This document shows, in pieces, positions 7,155-17,325 of a DNA stretch of 64,000 bases. The DNA comes from an uncultured Candidatus Binatia bacterium (GTDB lineage: Bacteria > Desulfobacterota > Binatia > Bin18): NCBI GenBank assembly GCA_965242795.1, contig OZ251505.1:1150173-1214172 (forward strand), given 5' to 3'. Both the position numbers and the translations under genes were made by a program. The notes beneath the pieces are model-generated. The model ran no database searches. It was not told the origin of the DNA and saw only the letters and a list, made by a program, of their open reading frames with translations. Each line of letters opens with the position of its first letter. Position 1 is the stretch's first letter.

Positions 7155-8612
7155 TCATCGCAACAGCGCCTCCGCCAGGAGCGCCTTCAATTGCCGGCGC
7201 ACGGCCGCGGTCTCGGCCTCCGCGGCGGCCAGTTGCGCCAGCAGGGCCGCGGGGTCGCCGTGGTCGGCCGCGGCGGTGTGCGGGTTCTTGACGTCCAGGT
7301 TCCAGCCGCGCGCCGCAACGTCGTCCGCGGTCACCTTCCAGGCGCGGTCGGTCGGCGTGCGGCCCGTGCGGTCCGGCCCGCCCCACCAGTCGATGCAGTC
7401 TTGCAGGTGCTCCAGCCTGATCGGCTTGGTCATGGAATAGGCTTTGCGGTCCGCGGGCACGCGGTGCTCGTAGAACCAGAGGGCGCGGGTCGGCCCGGGC
7501 TTCTCGAAGAACAACAGGTTGGTGCCGATGGAGGCGTAGGGTTTGAAGACGGAGTTGGGCAAGCGCACGATGGTGTGCAGGTCGCACTCCTCCAGCAGGT
7601 GTTGCTTGAGCCGCGTCTTCACGCCCTCGCCGAACAGCGAGCCGTCGGGCAGCACGACCGCGGCGCGTCCACCCGGCTTGAGCAGCCGCACGATCAGGGC
7701 CAGGAACAGGTCCGCGGTCTCCTTGGTGCGGAAGTGCGGGGGAAAGTTGCTCTCGATGCCGTCTTCCTCCTTGCCGCCGAAGGGCGGGTTGGTCAGCACC
7801 ACGTCCACGCGGTCCTTGCGCCCCCAACCGACGTAGGGGCGCGCCAGGGTGTTGTCGTGGCGGACGAAGCCGGGGTCCTCGACGTTGTGCAGCAGCATGT
7901 TGGTGACGCACAGCATGTGCGGCAACTGTTTCTTTTCCACGGCGCGCAGGCCGGCCTGCATGCGGCGTTCGTCCCCGGGCCGCTTGACGTAGCGTTCGCG
8001 CATGTGGCGCAGCGCGCTGGTCAGGAAGCCGCCGGTGCCGCAGGCCGGGTCGAACAGGGTCTCGCCCGGCTTGGGATCGATGCGGTCGGCCATGAACGCG
8101 GTGACGGCGCGCGGGGTGTAGTATTCGCCGGCGTTGCCGGCGGATTGCAGGTCGTTCAGCAGTTGTTCGTAGATGTCGCCGAAGTGTTGGCGCTCGGTCA
8201 GGTCGTTGAAGTCCACGGCGTCGATGGTGTTGACGACTTGGCGCATGAGTTGGCCGGACTTCATGTAGTTGAAGGCGTCCTCGAACACGTCGCGCACTAC
8301 GCGCCCGCGGCGGTCGGCCCGCCCGTCGGTGGGCAGGTGCTTCAGGCCGGGGAACAGCACGTCGTTGACGAAGGCGAGCAGGGCCTCGCCGGTCGGGCCT
8401 TCGGGGTCCGCGGCCCAGGCGCGCCAGCGGAGCCGCGGCGGAATCGGGGAGGCGTAGCCGGGCTGCAGGAGTTCGAGTTCGCGGTCCTGGTCGTCGATGA
8501 TCTTGAGGAAGAACATCCAGCACAACTGGCTGATGCGTTGGGCGTCGCCGTCCACGCCCACGTCCTGGCGCATGACGTTCTGGATGGATTTGACGAGGGT
8601 ACGCACGGACAT
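7155..8612 (-). CDS. hsdM: Type I R-M methyltransferase subunit
   Basis: 485 aa with GEYYTPR, motif I FDPACGTGGFL and motif IV NPPF. Confidence 0.95.
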   Translation of the reverse strand: MSVRTLVKSIQNVMRQDVGVDGDAQRISQLCWMFFLKIIDDQDRELELLQPGYASPIPPRLRWRAWAADPEGPTGEALLAFVNDVLFPGLKHLPTDGRADRRGRVVRDVFEDAFNYMKSGQLMRQVVNTIDAVDFNDLTERQHFGDIYEQLLNDLQSAGNAGEYYTPRAVTAFMADRIDPKPGETLFDPACGTGGFLTSALRHMRERYVKRPGDERRMQAGLRAVEKKQLPHMLCVTNMLLHNVEDPGFVRHDNTLARPYVGWGRKDRVDVVLTNPPFGGKEEDGIESNFPPHFRTKETADLFLALIVRLLKPGGRAAVVLPDGSLFGEGVKTRLKQHLLEECDLHTIVRLPNSVFKPYASIGTNLLFFEKPGPTRALWFYEHRVPADRKAYSMTKPIRLEHLQDCIDWWGGPDRTGRTPTDRAWKVTADDVAARGWNLDVKNPHTAAADHGDPAALLAQLAAAEAETAAVRRQLKALLAEALLR

Positions 8613-8705
8613 GGGGGGAATCTCCGGGGGGTGTGTGGGTGTCTTACCTTCGGTCGGATCTTCGCCCTAGGAACAGTCCGGCAATTGCGTGCTGATACGC
8701 GCCCA

Positions 8706-9150
8706 AGGGCAACCACCCTTCGACAAGCTCAGGGACCGCAGGGGGCTGCCCCTATGACACTAACGGACGGTGCGGAATTCATACAGAGACACCATTCGGA
8801 CGGCGGTTCGGGGGTTCCTCTCCGCGGGGTGCTTCCCGGCGGGACCCCCCTCCCTAGCCCTCCCCCTCAAGGGGGGAGGGAACTGTGTGCGGAGCCCTCC
8901 CCCTTCGACCTTTCGACAGGCTCAGGCACCAGGAGGAGGGAATTTTCTTTATGAGGTTGGAATTTTCATCCTATCACTCCCCCCTTGAGGGGGAGTCGGC
9001 GAGCCATAGGCGAGCCGGTGGGGGGTCCTCCGAAGACATCTCCCCCGCCCCATCACTTCTCCCAACAGATTCTCTCTGAGATAAGCTCGTCAGGGCAAGC
9101 TCTGCGGAAGCAGGTATCCATCCCCTGGATTCCCGCTTCCGCGGGAATGA
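8706..9150. repeat. Cluster of REP-like palindromes (families A, B, C, D) between hsdM and hsdR
   Basis: CCCTTCGACAAGCTCAGGG, CCCCCTCCCTAGCCCTCCCCCTCAAGGGGGGAGGG and CTGGATTCCCGCTTCCGCGGGAATGACG are all present and recur elsewhere in the window. Confidence 0.8.
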
Positions 9151-9302
9151 CGACCGAGTGGGATCTTCAAGTATCTAATTCCCCTTCAGATCGAGACCGT
9201 CACCGCGTCGCAGCCTGAAATTTCCGAGCCGATTCGCTGCGGCGACCGGACTCTCTCCCAAAGGGAGAGGGGATGGGAACTTCGGGGCGGGACGGGACGC
9301 GG

Positions 9303-11714
9303 TCAGGCGGTCTCCCGGTAGAGGGCGGCTTGCAGGTCGCGTGCCGCGGCGACGAAGGCGTCCCGGCCGCCGAACGCCCGGATCAACTGTACGGGCGTGC
9401 CGAGTGCGTCGAGCGGCGGAATGCGCAGCACGTCGGCGTCGTCGAGTGCGAGCACGCCCTCGTCCGCGTACTTGGCGAGCAGGGCGTCGAGCACGGCGCG
9501 CGCCTGGGCGCCGTATTTGGCGAAGACGTCGCGCCGCTGCACGCGGTAGGCGCGCTCGCGGCGGGTCAGCGGCTTGGCGTCGAACGCCACGTGGCAGATG
9601 AGGTCGAAGGGGTCCAACTCCTTGCCGAGTTCCGCGGCGATCGTGTCGAGTGCCAGCCCCTCGGCGTCCAGTTCGTCGAGGATCGCCTGCTTGCGCTCAG
9701 CGGCCTTCCAGCGGCGCAGGAAGTCGTCGAGGCTGGCGAAGCGCTTCCGCAACGCCCGCTTGGTGAAATCGCGCAGGGACTCGGTGACGAGCCGGCCGTG
9801 TTCGTCGAGATACTCCACCCGCTGGGCGACGATCGTCGCGCTGACGTCGTCCACATAGACCTTGCGCCGGCGGTCCGGCGGGGGCGGCGCGCCGGCCAGG
9901 ATGGTTTCGTCCGCATCGGGGACGGGCGGAATCCGGTCGTCCAGGGGCGGCGCGTCCTCGGGCGGGGTCATGGGGTCGTTTGCGCCCGGTTCGTAGATCT
10001 GGACGGGTTCGCCGTCGAAGTCCGGGTCGGCGAAGAGATTCGTCGCCCCCCGGAAATCCATCAGCGTGAAGTAGAACTTGCGCGTGTCCTCGTGCACGCG
10101 GGTGCCGCGGCCGACGATCTGCTTGAACTCGGTCATGGAACCGACCGGGCGGTCGAGCACGATCAGCCGGCAGGTCTGCACGTCCACGCCCGTGGACAGC
10201 AGCCGCGAGGTGGTGACCAGCACCGGGCAGCGGGATTCCGGGTCGGTGAAGTTGCCGAGTTGCGCCACGCCCTCGGGGTCGTCGCCGGTGATGCGCATGA
10301 CGTAGCGCGGGTCGGTCGCCACCAGGTCGGCGTTGGCGTTGACGAGCGCCTGGCGCATGCGGCCGGCGTGCTCGCGGTCCACGCAGAAGACGATGGTTTT
10401 CTGGAAGCGGTCGCCGCTCTGCCGCAGGAACTCGGTGACCTTACGGGCGACCAGTGCGGTGCGCTCGGCCAGCACCAGGGTCCGGTCGAAGTCCTTGGTA
10501 TTGTAGAGGCGGTCTTCGACCTCCTCGCCCGCGCGGTCGCGCTGGCCCCGTTCCGGGCGGTAGCCGGCCACGTCGCGATCGACGTGCACCTTGACGACCT
10601 TGTACGGCGCGAGAAAGCCGTCGCGGATGCCCTGTTTCAGCGAATAGGAATACACCGGCGCGCCGAAGTACTGGATGTTGGAGGCGTAGCGGGTCTCCTT
10701 GGGCGTGGCGGTCAGGCCGACCTGCGTGGCCGCGGAGAAGTATTCGAGAATTTCGCGCCACGCCGAATCCTCCGCGGCGCTGCCGCGGTGGCACTCGTCG
10801 ATCACGATCAGATCGAAGAAGCCGGGCGAGAATTCGCGGAAGATCTTCCGGCTTTCCTCCGGCCCGGTGATGGCCTGATAGAGCCCCAGGTAGATTTCGT
10901 AGGCCGTGTCGATGCGGCGGGGTGCACCGGCGCGGGGGGCCCCGTCTGCGCGCCGGATGGTGCCGGCCGCGGTGGACAGCTTCGCCATGGCCGAACCGAA
11001 GGGCCGGAAGTCGTTGACCAGGGTCTGATCGACCAGCACGTTGCGGTCGGCCAGGAACAGGATGCGCCGCTTGCGGCCGGCCTTCCACAGCCGCCAGACG
11101 ATCTGGAAGGCGGTATAGGTCTTGCCGGTGCCCGTGGCCATGACGAGCAGGATTCGGTCGCGGCCCGCGGCAATCGCCTCGACCGCGGCATTGACGGCGT
11201 TGACCTGATAGTAGCGGGGCGTCTTGCCGCTGCCGTCGTCGCCATACTCCTGCAGCACGACGGCCTCGGCGGCGGGCGTCAGCCCCTTCCAGGCCCGGTA
11301 GCGCGCCCACAGGTCGTCCGGCGACGGAAAGGCGTCGAGTGCGAGCGTCGTTTCCCTTGCGGGGCCGGCGGCGGTCCGGTCGTGGAACACGAAGCCGGTG
11401 CCGTTGGACGAAAACACGAACGGCACGTGCAGCGCTTCGGCATAGTCGAGCGCCTGTTGCATGCCGTCGCCGACCGCGTGGGTCGCGTCCTTGGCCTCGA
11501 TCAGGGCAATGGGCAGGTTGGGTCGGTAGGACAGCACGTAGTCGGCGCGTTTGGCCCGGCCCCGGCTGACCAGGGTGCCGCGCACGATGATGCGGCCCTT
11601 GGTGAACGAGACTTCTTCGCGGATCTGCGTCATCGCGTCCCAGCCGGCGCGTTGCAGGGCGGGCGTGATGAACTTGGTACAGACGTCGCGTTCGCTCAGG
11701 CGTTTCTTGTCCAT
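9303..11714 (-). CDS. hsdR: Type I restriction subunit R, EcoEI/EcoAI-like
   Basis: 803 aa; nuclease motif ADY...IEAK, Walker A MATGTGKT, DECHRG, LTATP, QIVGRGTR; EcoEI-R-like C-terminus (DPFDLICHVAFD). Confidence 0.95.
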   Translation of the reverse strand: MDKKRLSERDVCTKFITPALQRAGWDAMTQIREEVSFTKGRIIVRGTLVSRGRAKRADYVLSYRPNLPIALIEAKDATHAVGDGMQQALDYAEALHVPFVFSSNGTGFVFHDRTAAGPARETTLALDAFPSPDDLWARYRAWKGLTPAAEAVVLQEYGDDGSGKTPRYYQVNAVNAAVEAIAAGRDRILLVMATGTGKTYTAFQIVWRLWKAGRKRRILFLADRNVLVDQTLVNDFRPFGSAMAKLSTAAGTIRRADGAPRAGAPRRIDTAYEIYLGLYQAITGPEESRKIFREFSPGFFDLIVIDECHRGSAAEDSAWREILEYFSAATQVGLTATPKETRYASNIQYFGAPVYSYSLKQGIRDGFLAPYKVVKVHVDRDVAGYRPERGQRDRAGEEVEDRLYNTKDFDRTLVLAERTALVARKVTEFLRQSGDRFQKTIVFCVDREHAGRMRQALVNANADLVATDPRYVMRITGDDPEGVAQLGNFTDPESRCPVLVTTSRLLSTGVDVQTCRLIVLDRPVGSMTEFKQIVGRGTRVHEDTRKFYFTLMDFRGATNLFADPDFDGEPVQIYEPGANDPMTPPEDAPPLDDRIPPVPDADETILAGAPPPPDRRRKVYVDDVSATIVAQRVEYLDEHGRLVTESLRDFTKRALRKRFASLDDFLRRWKAAERKQAILDELDAEGLALDTIAAELGKELDPFDLICHVAFDAKPLTRRERAYRVQRRDVFAKYGAQARAVLDALLAKYADEGVLALDDADVLRIPPLDALGTPVQLIRAFGGRDAFVAAARDLQAALYRETA

Positions 11715-11831
11715 GCGCGCCCGACTGTATATGTGGGGTTGGGTACGGACAATGCGCGGGGAGTGTGCGGCGTGAACAGCGATGAAGCGGGGATCCTCTC
11801 CCCAGCCCCGAATGCTTCAACGGGGCCCCGG

Positions 11832-11999
11832 ATGTGGCATATCGAGCAAGCGTTGGATGCGTCCCTCGACCTTCAGGCATGGCAGATCGCCCAGGTCGAA
11901 CGATCCATGGCCGAGATGGATGCCGGTAAGGGTGTTCCGCACGAGGCCATCGAAAAGGAACTGCGCAACTGGGGAGCGCGAAAGTGGCCGGAAGAATGA
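11832..11999 (+). pseudogene. C-terminal fragment of a CopG-family antitoxin
   Basis: WHIEQALDASLDLQAWQIAQVERSMAEMDAGKGVPHEAI resembles RHH antitoxin C-termini; the N-terminal strand/helix and any toxin are absent. Confidence 0.55.
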
Positions 12000-12012
12000 A
12001 TCTGGAGGACCT

Positions 12013-13428
12013 ATGTTGCACCCCGCTTCGCCTTCTCGTCTGCCCCTGCTTCGCTCCGCCGCGGCCCTGCTGCTGCCCCTTCTCTTATCGTTCCCCGCCG
12101 CGGCGCAGACGGATTGGGAGGCGGTGGAACGCGAGGCCGTCGGGCTGCTCGAACGCTACGTCTCCATCGATACCACGAACCCGCCGGGCAACGAGGCCGC
12201 CGCGGCGCGGTTCTGGCAGGAGGTGCTGACCGCGGAGGGGATCGCGGCGCAGGTCTTCGAACCGCAGCCGGGCCGCGGAGTCGTGTACGCCCGTCTGAAG
12301 GGCAGCGGGCGGAAGAAACCGCTCGTCCTGCTCCACCACATGGACGTGGTGTCGGCACGGGCCGAAAACTGGCGGACCGAGCCGTTCACCGCCACGCTCC
12401 GGGACGGCCATCTGCACGGCCGGGGCGCGATCGACTGCAAGGGCGTCGCCGTCGTGCAATTTCTGGCGTTGGCGCTGCTCAAGCGGCAGGGCGTCGTGCC
12501 GGAGCGCGACGTGATCTTTCTGGGCACCGGCGACGAGGAGACCGGTGGGAGGCTCGGTGCCGGCTGGTTCGTCGAACATCATTCCGAGTTGATACGGGAC
12601 GCCGGGTTTCTGCTGACCGAGGGCGGCGGCATCCGCCGCGGGGAGGGCGGCACGTCCTATACGGTCAGCGTGGCCGAAAAGGCGCCGTGCTGGATCAAGC
12701 TGACGGTCGAGGGTGAGCCGGGCCACGGCTCGACCCCGCGGCCCGGCAACGCGGTCGCGCGGCTGCTGCGCGCCCTGGACAACGTGCGGCAATACGCGAC
12801 GCCGCTCAAGGTCGTGCCCGCGGCGCAGGCGTATTTCACGGCGCTGGCCGCACACGAAGACGACGCCGCACAGGCGGACCGCTATCGCAATCTCGAACGG
12901 GCGCTGGCCGACCCGGATTTCCGGCGCACGTTCACGGCCGACCCGCGGCACAACGCGCTGGTGCGCAACACGATCGCGCCCACGGTGCTGCGCGGCAGTG
13001 ACAAGACCAACGTCATCCCCGGCCGGGCCGAGGCGGAACTGGACTGCCGGCTGTTGCCCGGAGAAGACCCCGCGCGGTTCGTGGCGACGCTCACCGAGAT
13101 TGTGGACGACCCGCAGGTCGAAGTCTCGGTGCTGTTGAATTTCCCGGCGGCCGCGTCCGAGGCGGACACCCCGTTGTTCCGCGCGATTGCCGCGGTCGCC
13201 GCACGGCGCGAACCGGAAGCGCGCGTGCTGCCGAGCATGTTGACCGGCTTCACGGACGCGCACTATTTCCGCGAACAGGGGATCGTGAGCTACGGCTTCT
13301 CGGGTATCGCCCTGCGGGCCGACGAAAGTTACGGCGTGCACGGCCACGACGAGCGCGTGCCGCTGGCCGGCCTGCGCGAGGGGGTGCAGGTCCTGGTCGA
13401 GGTGATTCGGGAACTGGACGCGCGGTAG
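12013..13428 (+). CDS. M20/M25/M40 family metallopeptidase, secreted
   Basis: GGAGGA RBS, signal peptide, HHMDVV, GRGAIDCKG, DEETGG, GFTDA, HGHDER. Confidence 0.9.
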   Translation: MLHPASPSRLPLLRSAAALLLPLLLSFPAAAQTDWEAVEREAVGLLERYVSIDTTNPPGNEAAAARFWQEVLTAEGIAAQVFEPQPGRGVVYARLKGSGRKKPLVLLHHMDVVSARAENWRTEPFTATLRDGHLHGRGAIDCKGVAVVQFLALALLKRQGVVPERDVIFLGTGDEETGGRLGAGWFVEHHSELIRDAGFLLTEGGGIRRGEGGTSYTVSVAEKAPCWIKLTVEGEPGHGSTPRPGNAVARLLRALDNVRQYATPLKVVPAAQAYFTALAAHEDDAAQADRYRNLERALADPDFRRTFTADPRHNALVRNTIAPTVLRGSDKTNVIPGRAEAELDCRLLPGEDPARFVATLTEIVDDPQVEVSVLLNFPAAASEADTPLFRAIAAVAARREPEARVLPSMLTGFTDAHYFREQGIVSYGFSGIALRADESYGVHGHDERVPLAGLREGVQVLVEVIRELDAR

Positions 13429-13512
13429 CGCCGGGTTGCGGGTACGCGGGGACCCCCACCGCGGTGATCCGGGATTTGTCGTCCTGTCGGTCGGGTTGTG
13501 CGGACGCGGGGA

Positions 13513-13555
13513 CCCCCCTCCCTAGCCCTCCCCCTCAAGGGGGGAGGGAATAAGA
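13513..13555 (+). repeat. Family B palindrome
   Basis: CCCCCCTCCCTAGCCCTCCCCCTCAAGGGGGGAGGGAATAAGA; copies at 8845, 14496, 16030 and 16276 (inverted), variant at 36540. Confidence 0.85.
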
Positions 13556-13645
13556 ACAAGACCTTCTAACTTTGGGAGGGGCGAGCCACGCCCTTGAATC
13601 GGCCTTCGCGCTGGGAACCCGCCGAACTCCGAGGGTCCGCGCGGG

Positions 13646-14422
13646 CTAGACCTGCGGTTTGCGCTGTTCGCGGTAAACGCGCATGGACTCGGCGAAGGCC
13701 GCGTCGTCGAGTGCCGCGGCCCGGGCGCGGGTAATTTCCCGCTGCCAGTCTTCGCCGTGCATGTCCCAGGCGCGATGCAATAACTGCTTGGCAAGCCCCG
13801 CGGATGGGCCGCCGACCTGTCGGCAGCGCTCGACCAGTTTGGTCGTCTCGCCTTCGAGGTCGGCTTTGGGGACGACTTTGGTGACGAGTCCCCAGTGTTC
13901 GGCTTGCGCGGCGTCGAAGCGTTCGCCGAGGATCATGATCTGCTTGGCCCGCGCCAAGCCGACGAGGTGGGCGAGCCGATAACTCTGGCTGGTATCCGGC
14001 GGCGAGCCGTAGAGGATCTGCGGCAGGGAGAAGAATGCGTTGTCCGCGGCAATGCGAAAGTCGCAACTCAAGGCGATCTCGCAGCCCGCGCCCAGACAGG
14101 CGCCGTGAACGGAGGCGACCGTCAGCGCGTTCAACTGTTCCAGCGTATCCAAGGCGCGCTGGAACGGCGCCCAGGCCGCGGCAATCGCCTCGCTGGTGGA
14201 GGGGCGCGCTGCCGCGGCCTTGAGGTCCATGCCCGCGCAGAACGCGCGGCCCTCGCCGCGCACGACGACCACGCGCAGGGCGGCGTCCGTGTCCAACGCG
14301 TGGCTGGCGGCCTCCAGGTCGGCGCCGAATTGGTCGTTGACCGCGTTGAGCGATGCGGCCCGGTCGAGGGTGAGCACCGCGGTATCGTCGGTTTTTTCGA
14401 TGTACAGGGTGGACCACTCCAT
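13646..14422 (-). CDS. Enoyl-CoA hydratase/isomerase family protein
   Basis: 258 aa with FCAGMDL and VHGACLGAGCEIALSCDFRIA. Confidence 0.9.
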   Translation of the reverse strand: MEWSTLYIEKTDDTAVLTLDRAASLNAVNDQFGADLEAASHALDTDAALRVVVVRGEGRAFCAGMDLKAAAARPSTSEAIAAAWAPFQRALDTLEQLNALTVASVHGACLGAGCEIALSCDFRIAADNAFFSLPQILYGSPPDTSQSYRLAHLVGLARAKQIMILGERFDAAQAEHWGLVTKVVPKADLEGETTKLVERCRQVGGPSAGLAKQLLHRAWDMHGEDWQREITRARAAALDDAAFAESMRVYREQRKPQV

Positions 14423-14495
14423 GCCGTTCTCCCGTGGTGTGTGGTTCGTTCGAGGTGATGTCGGCGTTCAGCGGTCGTGCGGGGTGCGCCGGGGG

Positions 14496-14770
14496 CCCCC
14501 CGCCCTAACCCTCCCCCTCAAGGGGGGAGGGAATAAGACAGAAGATGTGATCCAGTGACCGTTTCGATAGGCTCAACGGGCTGGCCCCTGAGCTTGCGCT
14601 GCCTCGAGTGGGCCGAAAGACCGGAGAGTTTTCTACTAGGTGTAGATGTATGTAAGCTGAAACATGTTCCAGGATCATCGTATTTCTCATTCCCGATAAA
14701 GAGCAGATCCCCTCCCCCCGGTCCCTGAGCCTGTCGAAGGGTGAGGGGGAGGGCTAGGGAGAGGGGTTCC
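14496..14770. repeat. Family B pair with family A units, one of them nested
   Basis: B copy at 14496-14537; the inverted B copy at 14709-14766 is interrupted by GGTCCCTGAGCCTGTCGAAGGG. Confidence 0.8.
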
Positions 14771-14963
14771 CGGCCCGCCGCAACGAATCACCCCGGAAAT
14801 CACAAACCGACACACACCCGACCCGACGCATGATCCGTTCCCCCCGCCGCCGCGACGCCGCGGGCGGCAACATACCAAGCTGTCCTGACTTTGCCAGCCG
14901 CTTGGGATATACAGGCGCCCCGACGAGTCCACGTCTCCGAGACGGCCTCGAACGAACGGATAC

Positions 14964-15983
14964 ATGGCACGACATACGCTGGAAGACCTGTTGGAAAAGA
15001 CGTGGAACGGGGAGCGGGCGGCGCTCGCCCGCCTGATGTCGCACGTGGAACGCGAGGGCGCAGTCGTCGGGCGCATTCTGGAGGCGGTCGGCCCGCGGCA
15101 GGGGCGGGCGTTCACGATCGGCGTCACCGGGCCGCCGGGGGCCGGCAAGTCGAGTCTGGTGGACGGCCTCGCGACGCTGATGCGCGAGGCCGGCAAGACG
15201 GTCGGCATCGTCGCCATCGACCCGTCGAGTCCGTTCAGCGGCGGGGCGCTGCTGGGCGACCGGATTCGGATGACCAAGCATTACCTGGACCCCGGCGTGT
15301 TCATCCGCAGCATGGCGACGCGCGGCAGCCACGGCGGGCTGGCACGCGCGACCAAGGACGTCATCAAGCTGCTGGACGCCGCGGGCTACGCGTACGTGCT
15401 GGTGGAGACGGTCGGCGTCGGGCAGACGGAACTGGACGTGATGGGCACGACGGACACGGTGCTGGTCACGCTGGTGCCGGAAGCCGGCGACGGAGTGCAG
15501 GTCATGAAGGCCGGCCTGATGGAGATCGCCGACGTGTTCGTGGTGAACAAGGCCGACCGGGACGGCGCCCAGCGCATGATGACCGAGTTGAGCCTGATGC
15601 TGGAGTTGAAGTACAGCAGCCCGCCACCGGCCGGGACCGGGGAGGAAGCCGCGGGCACGCGCTGGCGGATTCCGGTGCTGGCGACCCAGGCGTTCAACGG
15701 CACCGGGCTGCCCGAGCTGTTCCAGGCCGTGCAGGAGCACCACCGTTCGGCGGCCGAGTCCGGCGCCCTGGCGCGCCGCCGGGCGCAACGCCGGCGCGAA
15801 GAGTTGATCGCGCGCGTCGAATACGAGGTGCGCCGCCGGCTGACCGCGCGTGCGCGGATCGACCCGGAAGTGGCGGGCTGCTTCGACGCGGTTGGCGAGG
15901 GGCGGCTCGACCCCCATTCGGCGGCGCACCGGATTCTGCAGGGCTCGGCTCTCCGGGACGCGGTGGAAACCGCGCGGTCGTAG
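14964..15983 (+). CDS. meaB: Methylmalonyl-CoA mutase-associated GTPase (MeaB/ArgK)
   Basis: GVTGPPGAGKSS, DPSSPFSGGALLGDRIRM, ETVGVGQ, NKAD. Confidence 0.9.
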   Translation: MARHTLEDLLEKTWNGERAALARLMSHVEREGAVVGRILEAVGPRQGRAFTIGVTGPPGAGKSSLVDGLATLMREAGKTVGIVAIDPSSPFSGGALLGDRIRMTKHYLDPGVFIRSMATRGSHGGLARATKDVIKLLDAAGYAYVLVETVGVGQTELDVMGTTDTVLVTLVPEAGDGVQVMKAGLMEIADVFVVNKADRDGAQRMMTELSLMLELKYSSPPPAGTGEEAAGTRWRIPVLATQAFNGTGLPELFQAVQEHHRSAAESGALARRRAQRRREELIARVEYEVRRRLTARARIDPEVAGCFDAVGEGRLDPHSAAHRILQGSALRDAVETARS

Positions 15984-16029
15984 TGGTTTCCGTTGCGGGA
16001 CTGGAAGCAACTGTCTGAGCCTCTTTCTT

Positions 16030-16318
16030 CCCCCTCTCCCTAGCCCTCCCCCTCAAGGGGGGAGGGGATAGGAAAAAAGGGGCCCCGTAGCTCCGTAGGT
16101 CGGATTAGCCGAAGGCGTAATCCGACATCCCCGCGACTCACGCCCGCCCTGTTGGATTACGCTTCGCTAATCCAACCTACAGGAATTGTCTTTCCCTTCC
16201 CCCATGTCCAACGGAATGGGAGAAGGACGAAATCGGGAAAGAAATAGAAAAGAGGCGATCTCCCACCTCCTTCCTATCCCCTCCCCCCTTGAGGGGGAGG
16301 GTTAGGGAGAGGGGGAGA
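16030..16318. repeat. Inverted family B pair enclosing a GTAG-type REP doublet (family E)
   Basis: GTAGGTCGGATTAGCCGAAGGCGTAATCCGACA (16095-16127) and its inverted partner (16150-16180) lie between B copies, between convergent meaB and xerD. Confidence 0.85.
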
Positions 16319-16329
16319 AAGAGAGAACG

Positions 16330-17325
16330 CTACCCGCGCGGGTGGTATTTGCGGTGGACTTCGCGCAGACGCGCGCCGGCGACGTGGGTGTAAACCTGGG
16401 TGGTGGCGATGTCCACGTGTCCGAGCATAGATTGGACCGCGCGCAGGTCGGCGCCGCCGTCCAGCAGGTGCGTGGCGAATGCGTGGCGGAAGGAGTGCGG
16501 ATAGAGCGAACCGCCCGCGTCCGGGTTCTGCTCGGCGTAGCGTTTGACGACGTGCCAGAACATCTGGCGGGTGAGCGGTTTGCCCGACCGGGAGACGAAG
16601 GCGTATGGGCTGCTCCGTTCGCCGAGCAGGACGGGGCGGACGGTGTCGAAATAATTTTGCAGGCGGGCCAGGGCCGGGCGCCCGAGCGGGACGAGACGCT
16701 CCTTGTTGCCCTTGCCGCGCACGCGCACGAAGCCGGCTTCGCGGTTGATCCGGGCGACTTCCAGCTTCACCAGTTCGGAGACGCGCAGCCCGGTCGCGTA
16801 CAGCACCTCCAGCATGGTCCGGTTGCGCACTTCGAGGGGGGCGTCTTCTTTCGGTGTGGCGAGCAAGGCATCCACCCGCTGGCGGGAGGGGACGCGTGGC
16901 AGCGGGCGGCCGAATTTCGGCAGGCGCAGCAGCGCGGTCGGGTCGGTGCCGCCAAGTTCGTTTTCGCGTTGCAGAAAGCCGTACAGGCCGCGCAACGCGG
17001 TCAGTACGCGCGACTGGCTGCGCCCGGACATGCCCTGTTCGTGCAGACGGCCCAGAAAGCGGATCACGTGAACGGACTGTGCGCGGCGCAGGTCGTGGAC
17101 GTCCTGGTCGGCCAAGTGCGCGCGGAAGCGGTGCAGGTCGCGGCTGTACACCTCGACCGTGCGCGGCGACAGGCCCTTCTCCACGGTCAGATAGACCAGA
17201 TACGCGTCCAGCAGCGCATCCTCGGCCGCAGGTTCCGCCGGATTCCCCCTTTCAGGGGAATGACGGGGGAGGGGCGCCGGGGAGTGTGCGGTCTCGCCCG
17301 AAGGTTCCGACGGTGTCGCGCTCAT
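16330..17325 (-). CDS. xerD: Tyrosine recombinase XerD
   Basis: LYATGLRVSEL, GKGNKER, HSFRHAFATHLL, LGHVDIATTQVYTHV...HPRG; translationally coupled to glnD. Confidence 0.93.
   Translation of the reverse strand: MSATPSEPSGETAHSPAPLPRHSPERGNPAEPAAEDALLDAYLVYLTVEKGLSPRTVEVYSRDLHRFRAHLADQDVHDLRRAQSVHVIRFLGRLHEQGMSGRSQSRVLTALRGLYGFLQRENELGGTDPTALLRLPKFGRPLPRVPSRQRVDALLATPKEDAPLEVRNRTMLEVLYATGLRVSELVKLEVARINREAGFVRVRGKGNKERLVPLGRPALARLQNYFDTVRPVLLGERSSPYAFVSRSGKPLTRQMFWHVVKRYAEQNPDAGGSLYPHSFRHAFATHLLDGGADLRAVQSMLGHVDIATTQVYTHVAGARLREVHRKYHPRG

Noticed and set aside
9273-11999. 908-aa plus-strand ORF
   Set aside because: Antisense shadow of hsdR in high-GC DNA; only the last ~55 codons resemble a real (antitoxin) fragment.
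14964-15983. meaB without an adjacent B12 mutase as a novel system
   Set aside because: Unlinked meaB is common; the mutase is probably elsewhere in the genome.
16330-17325. Tyrosine recombinase as an integrase for the defence island
   Set aside because: Sequence and glnD linkage indicate housekeeping XerD; no att sites or integron-integrase insertion were seen.
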